This document shows positions 22,408 through 31,786 of a stretch of DNA of 64,000 bases, one piece after another (positions within the stretch are counted from its first letter, which is position 1; each line of letters starts with the position of its first letter). Source of the stretch: Clostridia bacterium (GTDB taxonomy: Bacteria; Bacillota; Clostridia; UMGS1883); assembly GCA_045636425.1 (NCBI GenBank), contig JAZTXM010000013.1:86500-150499 (forward strand), read 5' to 3'. Made by a program: the position numbers and the translations under genes. The notes below the pieces were generated by a model, which did not search any database, was not told the DNA's origin, and saw only the letters and a program-made list of their open reading frames with translations.

Positions 22408-23253
22408 TTATACTCCGCTGTATGCAGCAAAACCGCCGTCAACGGGAATAACAACACCATTTACAAAACTTGATGCATCCTTATGTACAAGGAACAGAAG
22501 AGTGCCTATAAGCTCCTCTGCCTTACCGAATCGCTCCATAGGGGTTGCCGCTAAGATTTTGCCTGTTCTTGCGGTAGGAGTACCATCATCATTGAACAGA
22601 AGCTTTTCATTCTGCTTTGTTACAAAGAATCCCGGGGCTATCGCATTACAGCGAATGTTTGTCTTTGAAAAATGAACTGCAAGCCACTGTGTAAAGTTGG
22701 ATATTGCCGCCTTTGCACCGGAATACGCAGGAATCTTTGTAAGAGGCGTATAAGCATTCATACTTGAAATATTGATAATGCTCGCATCCTCTTTATCAAG
22801 CATATCCTTTGCAAACACCTGTGTAGGAAGAAGTGTTCCGAGGAAATTAAGATTAAACACAAATTCAACGCCTGACTGGTCAAGATCGAAGAATGTTTTT
22901 ACATTTCCCATTGCTTCGGGTGTAAAGTATTCATTATCGGTTGTTGCTTTGGGGTTATTTCCGCCTGCGCCATTGATAAGAATGTCGCAAGTGCCAAAGT
23001 CCTTTACGATTTGTTCGTGCGCTTTTTCTATGCTTTCCTTATCAAGCACATTACAAGCATATCCTTTTGCAATACCGCCATCTTTTACTATTTTATCAGC
23101 ATAGTCTTTTGCAGCTTCTTCATTAAGGTCTAAAAGTGCTACTTTTGCACCGGTATTTGCAAGTGCTTCTGCAAACATAGAGCAAAGCACACCGCCTGCG
23201 CCTGTCACAACGCAAACTTTTCCTGTTAAATCTACTTCAAAAGGTAATTTCAT
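22408..23253 (-). CDS. SDR-family oxidoreductase (mannonate / fructuronate reductase-like)
   Basis: TGAGGVLC Rossmann motif and YSGAK active-site context. Adjacent to uxuA. Confidence 0.65.
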   Translation of the reverse strand: MKLPFEVDLTGKVCVVTGAGGVLCSMFAEALANTGAKVALLDLNEEAAKDYADKIVKDGGIAKGYACNVLDKESIEKAHEQIVKDFGTCDILINGAGGNNPKATTDNEYFTPEAMGNVKTFFDLDQSGVEFVFNLNFLGTLLPTQVFAKDMLDKEDASIINISSMNAYTPLTKIPAYSGAKAAISNFTQWLAVHFSKTNIRCNAIAPGFFVTKQNEKLLFNDDGTPTARTGKILAATPMERFGKAEELIGTLLFLVHKDASSFVNGVVIPVDGGFAAYSGV

Positions 23254-24293
23254 TTTGTTCCCTCTTTCTCAAGTGTTTCCCATATACCCGCCATATACAT
23301 TGCACCTAAAGCTCTGTCATAAAGGCCGTATCCGGGTTTTCCTGTTTCGCCCCAGATCATTCTGCCGTGATCAGGACGGAGATATCCCTTAAAGCCGCAG
23401 TCATGATAAGCCTTAAGAATTTCAACAACATCAAGCGAACCGCATTCGGAAAGATGTCCGCTTTCTTCAAAGGAACCATCGGGAAGGATTTTTATATTTC
23501 TTACATGTGCGAAATGAATTCTACCCATCGCTCCATATTTTCTTACCATAGCCGTGTAATCGTTAAAGGTCGCACATCCGAGAGAACCGCTGCAAAGTGT
23601 AAGCCCATGATGAGTGTCATCATAAAGGGAAAGAAATCTGTCGATATTCTTTTCATTTGTGATAATTCTCGGAATTCCAAAAATAGGCCACGGCGGATCA
23701 TCGGGATGAATCGCCATATTAACATCGCATTCTGCCGCTACGGGAATAATCTCTTTTATAAAGTATTCAAGATTCTCCCACAAGCCTTCCTCACCAATCT
23801 CTTTGTACTTTTCAATAAGACCTGACATTTCCTCGGGAGTATATGACGCATCCCAGCCGGGAAGTGTCATCTTAGTGGGATCCATCTTGTCCACATCTTC
23901 CTTGTAGTAAACAAGCGCATTTGATCCGTCTGGAAGCGGTTGATCAAGACGAGAACGGGTCCAGTCAAAAACGGGCATAAAGTTATAGCATATACATTTT
24001 ACGCCTGCCTTTGCAAGTCTTCTTATATTTTCCTTGTAGTTATCTATGTATAGCTGATAGTTGCCACGGCGCAGTTTAATATCCTCGTGAACGGGAACAG
24101 ACTCGATAACTTCCATTTCAAGTCCTTTAGCATTTACCATAGCTTTCATTTTATCAATTTCTTCCTGAGGCCATACTTCCCCTGCAGGAACGCTGTATAC
24201 AGCCGTAACAACGCCTGTCATACAAGGAATCTGTCTGATATGGTCAAGCGTTATTGAATCACTTTCTCCATACCATCTGAAAGTCATTTTCAT
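23250..24293 (-). CDS. uxuA: Mannonate dehydratase UxuA
   Basis: MKMTFRWYGESDSITLDHIRQIP... matches the UxuA N-terminus. Full length of 347 aa. Confidence 0.85.
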   Translation of the reverse strand: MKMTFRWYGESDSITLDHIRQIPCMTGVVTAVYSVPAGEVWPQEEIDKMKAMVNAKGLEMEVIESVPVHEDIKLRRGNYQLYIDNYKENIRRLAKAGVKCICYNFMPVFDWTRSRLDQPLPDGSNALVYYKEDVDKMDPTKMTLPGWDASYTPEEMSGLIEKYKEIGEEGLWENLEYFIKEIIPVAAECDVNMAIHPDDPPWPIFGIPRIITNEKNIDRFLSLYDDTHHGLTLCSGSLGCATFNDYTAMVRKYGAMGRIHFAHVRNIKILPDGSFEESGHLSECGSLDVVEILKAYHDCGFKGYLRPDHGRMIWGETGKPGYGLYDRALGAMYMAGIWETLEKEGTK

Positions 24294-24448
24294 ATTCTTA
24301 TCCTCCTTTTCAATTCATATTTAATTTAATTATAGCTGATTTTTAAAGATTGTCAATGTGTAAAAAACACATATAGTTGTCATTTTCCAACTTTTGCAGG
24401 TTTTCGCAATTTAACACAAAAACAGGGTGTAAAAAAGACAAATCCTTT

Positions 24449-25006
24449 CTATGCCTCACATTCATTGTTAAACCATAATTTTTTCTGTCCTGTCGAAACA
24501 GCGGAAGCTCCCCACTTTATCGCCTCTGAGGCTTCCTTCTCGGTCTCTATAAGGCCACCTGCAATAATGGGAACCTCCACGGTTTCCTTAAGCTTTGGAA
24601 TCACCTTGAGAATACTTCCCGGCATAACTTCAATCATCTGTGCTTTTGAGGTTTTCCATGATTCAATTGTTGTGTTTACGGAGCGTGAATCCACTATGAA
24701 AAACCTCTGAACAGTAAACAGGCCTAATTCGCGGGCTATCTTTATAGTACCTGTACGTGTACTTATAATCCCGTCGACACCTTTAGCTTTCAAATATTCA
24801 ATTCCGCTTCTGTCTTTGCCTATCCCTTCTGCAAGATCAAGATGAACAAAACACTTCTTGCCTGCCTCGTGCAATATTTTGACAGTATCCTCAAGAGACA
24901 AAATATTGGGGTTAAGGTCAAAAACGATTTTAACATCCGAATCTGCCGCACCAATAAGTTCATCATAATTACGAACTGCGGCAATTACCTTGTTACGCAT
25001 CAGCAT
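24449..25006 (-). CDS. glpP: GlpP-family antiterminator
   Basis: 185 aa; overall match to glycerol-3-phosphate-responsive antiterminators. Confidence 0.7.
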   Translation of the reverse strand: MLMRNKVIAAVRNYDELIGAADSDVKIVFDLNPNILSLEDTVKILHEAGKKCFVHLDLAEGIGKDRSGIEYLKAKGVDGIISTRTGTIKIARELGLFTVQRFFIVDSRSVNTTIESWKTSKAQMIEVMPGSILKVIPKLKETVEVPIIAGGLIETEKEASEAIKWGASAVSTGQKKLWFNNECEA

Positions 25007-25283
25007 ATTATCACCAATTAATCAATATTTTTCGCGGCAATGATATTTGCTCCGCTTGCATTTTTAATTATAACATCTTTAATTTTGATTGGCAAGTGTG
25101 CATTTCATTTATTTGTTTATGCCATCATTCTCTATCTTAATAAACAAAAAAGACATGACAAAGCACAGGGTTAACCCCACGCTTCGACACATCTCCTAAT
25201 CTCTGTATCGACGTTATAATAGCACTTTTGATATTTTTTGTCAAGAGTAAAATATAAGGTTTTAGAAGAATGAGTGTGCGATT

Positions 25284-25380
25284 GCCCTCTCAGGGTTCGA
25301 ATCTCCGGACAACTTGATTAAAAGGCTGTAAAAACAGCATGTTTAGACACATATGTTTTCCGTGCAAACCCCAATATGAT
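25284..25380. repeat. att-like repeat: partial tRNA-Lys 3' core (ggacaacttgattaaaag) plus a 55-nt element-end sequence
   Basis: 25307-25380 is near-identical to 28491-28563. The 23 nt gccctctcagggttcgaatctcc preceding it recur at 28384-28406. Confidence 0.6.
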
Positions 25381-25401
25381 AGTATATATTCAAAATAATT
25401 A

Positions 25402-25527
25402 TCAGAAGTTCCTAAAAGCTAACTCCGTGGCTGTTAAAAGCGAATATCCCTTTCCCAGTTCATGTTTAATCTCTCTCATTCTTTCGACATCTGTGATAGA
25501 GTCACCTTGGAAAAGTATAGTTTTCAT
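25402..25527 (-). pseudogene. Truncated GDSL/SGNH hydrolase (N-terminal 41 codons only)
   Basis: MKTILFQGDSITD... carries the GDSxxD block. The frame ends 22 nt from the element-end repeat. Confidence 0.5.
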
Positions 25528-25601
25528 TATATAAGGAGGAACTGAAATTCAATTTCAGTTCCTCCTTATATAAATTCAGTTAGTTACTAAAACAAAGCAA
25601 C

Positions 25602-25952
25602 TTATATATACTTTTGTGCAATTCTTGACATTTCGGGAAGTTTCTTTTCTATATCCTTTACCAGTGCAAATTGGTTTCTCGCACGGTCAAGGTTGTGATT
25701 TTCCCTGTGTATTTTAAAATATGTATCTCCGTTTATGTAGTCTGCAAGGAATCTTATTCCGCACTCGTATGTCATAAGAAGTGCCGAAAGCGGAAGAAGC
25801 TCTGCCTCTTTTTTAGTCAGATTTGCCCCGACCTCACCTAAGAATCCCTTGGCAAACGCCTCATACTTATCAAGACCAAAATAAACCTTTTCAAGGTCGT
25901 ACTTGTTAGATTCCATTGTATATTCCCTCCGCAAAGAGTTTTTTAACGGCAC
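25602..25952 (-). CDS. Hypothetical protein
   Basis: 116 aa. Overlaps the 3' end of the upstream nucleotidyltransferase gene by 47 nt. Confidence 0.3.
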   Translation of the reverse strand: MPLKNSLRREYTMESNKYDLEKVYFGLDKYEAFAKGFLGEVGANLTKKEAELLPLSALLMTYECGIRFLADYINGDTYFKIHRENHNLDRARNQFALVKDIEKKLPEMSRIAQKYI

Positions 25953-26799
25953 TTACAACAGATTCCTTGTCCTCACGGTAAGTAACACCGTACCATTTTT
26001 CATCGGTTGTAAGAACCTTTACCCTTTCGCCATTTTCCTTAATAGCACGGTCAATAACAAAGGGAATGTAAAATTCGTCTTTTAAAGGATTTGAAAGATT
26101 TTCCATAAATTTCACAAAATCTGCTTCCACACGGCTGAAAATTTCAGGTCTTAGTCCCCACATATTCATGGAAACAGTAGTGTCAAGCGGAATACCGCTA
26201 TTTTTATCAAGAGCCGTATGCTCAGTGATACTCTTTAATATGCCGCCCTCAACCTCGCATACACCGCGTGCTACGGTGCCATTTTCGGTAAGGGTATTAC
26301 CAAGCTTATATCCTACCATGCAGGCTAAGTCCGATGAAGTTAATTCATCATAAATGGTCTTAAAAGCACTCTGTCCGTAATAGTCATCTGCATTGATGAG
26401 AGCAAAAGGCTCCTTTACCACGTCTTTACAGCAATATACTGCGTGGCCTGTTCCCCACGGTTTTGTCCTTCCTTCAGGAGCAGTAAAGCCCTCGGGAAGA
26501 TTCTCCATATCCTGGAAAACATACTCCGTCTTAATTCTTTTTTCTATTCTGTTTCCCACTATTTCACGGAAATCCTTTTCTATATCCCTGCGAATAATGA
26601 AAACAACTTTATTAAAGCCTGCCTTCATTGCATCAAAAACAGAAAGGTCAAGGATTACTTCTCCTCCGGGACCGATAGGCTCAAGCTGCTTGAGCCCTCC
26701 GAATCTGCTTCCCATTCCGGCAGCCATAACAACAAGTGTTGCATCTTTGCCCATATAAAACACCGCCTTTATATATAATCGGTATTTTATTATACACAA
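25906..26799 (-). CDS. Sugar-1-phosphate nucleotidyltransferase (UDP-sugar pyrophosphorylase-like)
   Basis: LVVMAAGMGSRFGG...KQL nucleotide-binding signature. 297 aa. Confidence 0.65.
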   Translation of the reverse strand: MCIIKYRLYIKAVFYMGKDATLVVMAAGMGSRFGGLKQLEPIGPGGEVILDLSVFDAMKAGFNKVVFIIRRDIEKDFREIVGNRIEKRIKTEYVFQDMENLPEGFTAPEGRTKPWGTGHAVYCCKDVVKEPFALINADDYYGQSAFKTIYDELTSSDLACMVGYKLGNTLTENGTVARGVCEVEGGILKSITEHTALDKNSGIPLDTTVSMNMWGLRPEIFSRVEADFVKFMENLSNPLKDEFYIPFVIDRAIKENGERVKVLTTDEKWYGVTYREDKESVVSAVKKLFAEGIYNGI

Positions 26800-27524
26800 T
26801 TCATAAGAGAGAGTGCCGCCTCATCCGCAACAATCGTCACATCGTTATGAAGCTGAAGTATTGACGCCTGATTCTTGGGACTAACAGGTCCGCAGATTGC
26901 TTCATACAAAGCCTTTGCCTTGTTCTCACCCGAAGCTATAAGAAGAATCTTCTTAGCTTGCATTATGCTCTTAATACCCATTGTGTATGCTTCCTTGGGA
27001 ACTTCGTCAATAGAATCAAAGAATCTTGAATTTGCATTAATGGTGCTTTCTGTAAGCTTCACGCAATGTGTTTCTGTTTCAAAAGCACAGCCCGGCTCAT
27101 TAAATCCGATATGTCCGTTATCACCAATTCCAAGAAGCTGCATATCAATTCCGCCCACACTGCGGATTACGTTGTTATATCTTTCGCTCTCAATTTCACT
27201 GTTTTCCTGCGTTCCGTCAGGTACGTTTACATTCTTTTTATCAATATTGATGTGGTCAAAAAAGTTTTCGCACATAAATCTGTAGTAGCTCTGAGAATTA
27301 TCTCTTGTAAGACCCTTGTATTCGTCAAGGTTTACCGTGGTAACATTTGAAAAATCAATATCGCCCTTCTTATACCATTCAATAAGCTGAGCATATGTAC
27401 CCAAGGGTGTTGAGCCTGTTGCCAGACCCAAAACCGCATCGGGTTTCATAATTACCTGTGCTGAAAGGATGTTTGCCGCCTTACGGCTCATGTCATTGTA
27501 ATCTTTTGCCTTATAAATTTTCAT
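26790..27524 (-). CDS. nagB: Glucosamine-6-phosphate deaminase NagB
   Basis: MKIYKAKDY...LGLATGSTP...NLDEY signature of NagB. Confidence 0.85.
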   Translation of the reverse strand: MKIYKAKDYNDMSRKAANILSAQVIMKPDAVLGLATGSTPLGTYAQLIEWYKKGDIDFSNVTTVNLDEYKGLTRDNSQSYYRFMCENFFDHINIDKKNVNVPDGTQENSEIESERYNNVIRSVGGIDMQLLGIGDNGHIGFNEPGCAFETETHCVKLTESTINANSRFFDSIDEVPKEAYTMGIKSIMQAKKILLIASGENKAKALYEAICGPVSPKNQASILQLHNDVTIVADEAALSLMNCV

Positions 27525-27734
27525 TGTTTTCTATCTCCTTCTCTATATCCCTGCAAATAATGGAAACCACTTATTAAAGTTTGCCTTTATGTACAATCTG
27601 TATTTTATTATACATAACTCATAGCAAATGTATTTGCATAAAAGTAAATTTTTTTTGCATTATTAGCAATTCGCAAACATTCTAATCCGAAAAACCAGCG
27701 AACGATTTAGACACAGGGATTATATCTCAAATGC

Positions 27735-27786
27735 CTTCGGGCTGTAATATTGAGGATTTACTTGAAAATCCAATGAGTTGAGCACT
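27735..27786 (+). repeat. Truncated duplicate of the 3' end of the DUF3791-HTH gene (element-end module)
   Basis: 27735-27830 aligns to 38875-38962, covering ...NIEDLLENPM-stop and the downstream sequence. Confidence 0.55.
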
Positions 27787-27852
27787 TTTATGTATGATAA
27801 TCTTGTTTTCGTGAAAACAACAATCTCAACCTCTTTTCTTTGTTAATCCCCC

Positions 27853-28131
27853 TTAGTGCAGTAAGACTCGAACACCTGTTGTCTCAAACGAATTATTTTT
27901 GAAGCCTTTCAATTTGTCGGTCTTGAAGGGCGGCAGCCCATCTGCGACCTCCGCATTAAAATTCTCCTAAAAATAATCCGTTTGAGATGCGAGCAGTTTT
28001 AACAGTGGCAATTTTTTATAAAACAAGGAAAAGCCCGCAGGTAATACTTCCGTATTATCAAGGGATTTGACACAGTTTTAGGAGAAATTACCCTGTTAAA
28101 ACCAATAGGGGTTCGAGTCTTACTGCACTAA
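27853..28131. mobile_element. MITE-like 279-bp insertion bounded by 24-bp inverted repeats
   Basis: ttagtgcagtaagactcgaacacc at 27853-27876 versus ggggttcgagtcttactgcactaa at 28108-28131. This segment is absent from the otherwise homologous copy at 38962-38980. Confidence 0.4.
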
Positions 28132-28157
28132 CCAAGCCAAAAACAGGGAATTTTTCC

Positions 28158-28270
28158 CAGTAGATGTCAAATAGATGTCAAAACAGCACTTTTCAAAAAA
28201 AATTAAGAAAACGTAAAAACCGCCTAACCCTATTGGTTAAGCGGTTTTTAACTGGTGAGCCATCGGAGAT
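28158..28270. repeat. Copy of the tRNA-Lys-proximal element end (agatgtcaaa direct repeats, terminator, first 18 nt of the tRNA 3' end)
   Basis: About 95% identical to 46238-46350. The tRNA-derived portion stops after tggtgagccatcggagat and is followed by a 130-nt unrelated insert. Confidence 0.65.
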
Positions 28271-28463
28271 GTGTATGCTTTCGCATCCACCCTGCTTGAC
28301 GACCGTGAGCTTTGCTCACAGTACCCGTCTGCGCACCACGTTCGCTAAAAATATGCCACCGGCATATTTTCTTTACGCTCCGTGCCCTCTCAGGGTTCGA
28401 ATCTCCTATAATTTCTGCAAACAAAATTAAAAGAGATATCCTTGCGGACATCTCTTTTAATTT

Positions 28464-28563
28464 TGGTGAGCCATCGGAGATTCGAACCCCGGACAACTTG
28501 ATTAAAAGCTGTAAAAACAGCATGTTTAGACACATATGTTTTCCGTGCAAACCCCAATATGAT
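28464..28563. repeat. att site: exact 45-nt copy of the tRNA-Lys 3' half plus the 55-nt element left-end sequence
   Basis: 28464-28508 is identical to 46332-46376. 28509-28563 (ctgtaaaaacagcatg...caatatgat) recurs at 25326-25380. Confidence 0.7.
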
Positions 28564-29155
28564 GGGGGTTTACTTGTTATCCATTTTTATTGGTAATTAA
28601 GTTTTTTTAATACGGTAGATGTCAAAATAGATGTCAGATTGTAATTTCTCTTCTTGTACTTAGTCTTAATCATTCATAAAACATTCTTTGCATATTTCTT
28701 TTGCTTTTTCATACCAATCGTTCATATTTTTACTGCCTTATTTAGTAACTATAGTATATCACAAATAAGGCAAGGCTTCAATCATTTTTGTCCTAAAAAC
28801 GTTCGTTTTTAGGACTGTTGTTTTGTTCCAATGTTCCAAGTTTTTCTTCACTTTTTGAAAATTCTAAACCTCTTCTTGATCCTGCTCCATTTCCTATCTG
28901 ACCACCAATAGATTAAAAATAAAAGCAACATAATAAGCCAGAGCGATACACAAAAAATATTGATTACAATGATAGCAATGCCACTAAAAAAAGAATTACC
29001 TATGGCTGTGAATAGCCATTTTCTGCATAATAGAGTTAAGACAACTTTGATTTACTCATGACATCCCCCTTTCTCCTTCTTCGCGTTATAAACTGCTACT
29101 ATGACCTCAAGCAACGCCACAAGCACCAGTTTTATGTACTTCATATTCTTATCAT

Positions 29156-30091
29156 TTATATTTCACCACCCATATAGTAGATGTATTCTTCAATTTCTTC
29201 GGGAGAGAAGCCTTTTCCGAGAAGTTTGTCAATATCATCGGGAGAATAGCCCTGATAGCACGCTATTGATTTTAAATCCTCTATGTATTCATTTTTTGAG
29301 TAGCTTCTTCCCCATCCGTAGGAAGAGAATCCAAAATCCCACCAATTCTTTCCACTGTAGTAGCTATATTCAAAGTTTTCTTTTGTCAGTTTCCCGTCAT
29401 AGCCGATTTTAAGTATCTCCCCTTCCGCGACATTTACTTCTTCGTACTCTCCATTTTTAAGGTTGCTAAACAGCGGTGAATCTACAAGTGCTTTGTAGAG
29501 TATTTCGTCGGTACTGGCATAAACATAAAGCTTAAGCTTCGGGAAATGAAGAATTGATACAGGGGAATCTCCCTTTACGAGATAGAGATTATTTCTGTCA
29601 TCCAGTATTGAAAAGCTGAAGCTTCCTTCAACCTTTTCTGCCATGTATCTGATACTGTCAAAACAGATTCTTTTCTGACTTTCTATTAACTGTACCGCTA
29701 TGTAGGAATCCGTTTCGACTTTTGTTTTAGGAAGCTTGTACTTCTTTTTAAGTTCATCATCGTTATAAAGTACTCCGTTATGCGCAAGGGAAAACCTTGC
29801 ATTTTTTGTTTTCCCGAAAAAAGGATGATTATTATAGTTTCTTTTCTCACTTCCCTGCGTGCTATGGCGTGTATGCCCTATCAGTGCTTTCAGGTTATCG
29901 GAATGCTGAAAGTCAATTTTATTTGCTGCCTTTGCTTCTTTGATAATTCTGATTATTCCTCCGCTGACAAATGATATTCCCGTTGCATCCGTACCTCTTA
30001 CGGATGCGTGTTCTGCAAGGGAATTAGTAAGGTCAGACAATCCTTTAATATCTTTGTTACTGTAGTTTAAAAACCCGAATAATCCGCACAT
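29156..30091 (-). CDS. Class II (Ntn) glutamine amidotransferase-like protein
   Basis: N-terminal MCGLFG has the Cys nucleophile at position 2. The Ntn-hydrolase fold is about 230 aa, with an extra C-terminal segment of about 80 aa. Confidence 0.65.
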   Translation of the reverse strand: MCGLFGFLNYSNKDIKGLSDLTNSLAEHASVRGTDATGISFVSGGIIRIIKEAKAANKIDFQHSDNLKALIGHTRHSTQGSEKRNYNNHPFFGKTKNARFSLAHNGVLYNDDELKKKYKLPKTKVETDSYIAVQLIESQKRICFDSIRYMAEKVEGSFSFSILDDRNNLYLVKGDSPVSILHFPKLKLYVYASTDEILYKALVDSPLFSNLKNGEYEEVNVAEGEILKIGYDGKLTKENFEYSYYSGKNWWDFGFSSYGWGRSYSKNEYIEDLKSIACYQGYSPDDIDKLLGKGFSPEEIEEYIYYMGGEI

Positions 30092-31228
30092 TTACATTTC
30101 CTCCGTTTCTGTTTCAATTTCATTTACATACAATCTTTTTTGTTTCAGGTATTCGATAAGTTCTGCTTTCTTAGGTAGAATCTTCTGTACAAAGTCACTC
30201 CAGGACATATTTTCCATTTCAAGGTCTGCCATATGTATTGCATGGAAGCATATTTCGTCCACAAGCTGAAGAGTAGCCACAAACGTACTATAGCAAAGCG
30301 TGCCTCTGAATAATCTGAATTCTACCGTATTGGCATTTTCAAGATTGACTGCAACATACCTCCCCATATGCCTGTCCTTGGCTTTCTTATAGGTTTCTTC
30401 CGTTGTGGTAGAGATAGTTGCATATCTCGCCGCCCATCGATTCAGATTTTCAATTGTTCTTCTGCTGAATTTGACTATTTCGTTCCAGTGTTTTTCAACA
30501 AAGAATACGATTCTTCCGATAACTGCTTCCTGCTGTTCGTATGTTTTTCCGAAAGCCTCTCTGCTCACATGAATGTGCAATCCGCAGGTACTTGTCTGAT
30601 GTGACCTGTAGCCCAGGCGTATGGCTTTATCAAATACTTCGTGCCAGTTCATTTTGTTTATGTGATAGTCAAGGCTCATAGGGTGACTTACTATTTCAAA
30701 GCCATCGTCGATACTTCCGTCATGCTTACAATAGATGTGCTCGCCTGCATCGTTGGCAATATTAATGATTGTCTCTGCCTTATCATTGTCTTCCCCACCT
30801 CTGTCTATCTCCAATTCAACACCGAAAAATAAATTACCCGAGCCGTGGAAAATCGGTTCGGGTTTATAACTGTAATTTTTTATTGCTCCGCTTATAAGCT
30901 TCTGATAGCAGTCATAGCAATATGGATAATCGCTGTCATCGTTTTCGTAATACGCGGAATCGTTATGTATAAGTCTGCCACAGTCTTCGCAGTTGGTATA
31001 GTTATAATCGTAGCAATGTCTGCAAAGGACAATATTTTCATTACCTTCTGCATCTTCACGCCAGATTCTTTCATTACAGTTCATACATACTACCGTTTTT
31101 TCTTCAAGGCAATCTGTACAGTAGATTTTTCCTTCGAATTCGTGATAGTTCTCTCTTTCAAGAATTGCCCCGCAACAAGAGCAGGTTAAGTTTCCGTTTT
31201 TCATTTTTGTTCTCTCCTTAGTATTCAT
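30092..31228 (-). CDS. Amidoligase (glutamine-synthetase-like, Amidoligase_2-type) with N-terminal multi-CxxC zinc ribbons
   Basis: Four CxxC pairs in the first 110 aa. Then GVELEI (E.E metal site) and TCGLHIHVS (H.H motif), as in GS-like amidoligases. Adjacent to the GATase on the same strand with no gap. Confidence 0.6.
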   Translation of the reverse strand: MNTKERTKMKNGNLTCSCCGAILERENYHEFEGKIYCTDCLEEKTVVCMNCNERIWREDAEGNENIVLCRHCYDYNYTNCEDCGRLIHNDSAYYENDDSDYPYCYDCYQKLISGAIKNYSYKPEPIFHGSGNLFFGVELEIDRGGEDNDKAETIINIANDAGEHIYCKHDGSIDDGFEIVSHPMSLDYHINKMNWHEVFDKAIRLGYRSHQTSTCGLHIHVSREAFGKTYEQQEAVIGRIVFFVEKHWNEIVKFSRRTIENLNRWAARYATISTTTEETYKKAKDRHMGRYVAVNLENANTVEFRLFRGTLCYSTFVATLQLVDEICFHAIHMADLEMENMSWSDFVQKILPKKAELIEYLKQKRLYVNEIETETEEM

Positions 31229-31529
31229 AGTTCATTAGCATAGTTGAGTGTGTTTTATCATCGATTACAAATACTTTTGCTGTAGTAACCGGTGTTATGT
31301 TTAACACATACTCCTTTTCATATTCAGGTACTTCCTGAGTATGAATTATTACTTGCTTCCCGTCTTTTTCAGACAAAGAAAAAACCTGCAGATAATCTTT
31401 ATCTACAGGCAGGTTGTGTATCATCTCCCACATAATTACTTGCTGCGGAATCGGGATATTCTCCGCTACATCTCGTGTTATGAATTTTTGATTTTTAAAA
31501 ATATTTACACCTCCGACATTCAGTTTCAT
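31218..31529 (-). CDS. Hypothetical protein (first gene of the amidoligase operon)
   Basis: 103 aa. Overlaps the amidoligase start by 11 nt. Confidence 0.35.
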   Translation of the reverse strand: MKLNVGGVNIFKNQKFITRDVAENIPIPQQVIMWEMIHNLPVDKDYLQVFSLSEKDGKQVIIHTQEVPEYEKEYVLNITPVTTAKVFVIDDKTHSTMLMNYEY

Positions 31530-31786
31530 ATGTATGATATATATTTTTGGGACGTTAAAATCTGATTTAATTTATAACATAATATTAAAGATTTATACAC
31601 GTAACAATAAATTATAAAGGATTCATATAATCACTCACGGGAGAGCTGTGTAGTATATAAGCTATATAAGTATATAATTAAATAAAAAATAAATTCAATA
31701 CTCTTATTTAAGCATTGAATTACTATCTAAATCATTAAATTATATATTAACAAAATTGCGACGATTACATAGGAGGATATTAGATT

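Noticed and set aside
27853-28131. tRNA gene at the MITE-like segment termini (GGTTCGAGTC ... ACCA)
   Set aside because: The T-stem and acceptor stem cannot be paired in a cloverleaf. It is only tRNA-like end similarity.
28164-28596. ORFs 28164-28430, 28248-28550 and 28312-28596 overlapping the att/tRNA-copy repeat region
   Set aside because: They traverse tRNA-derived and repeat sequence, have no RBS, and overlap one another on both strands. Treated as non-coding.
28860-29060. Small hydrophobic ORF (holin-like) on the minus strand between the att site and the GATase gene
   Set aside because: The frame has no ATG/GTG/TTG start upstream of the hydrophobic stretch.
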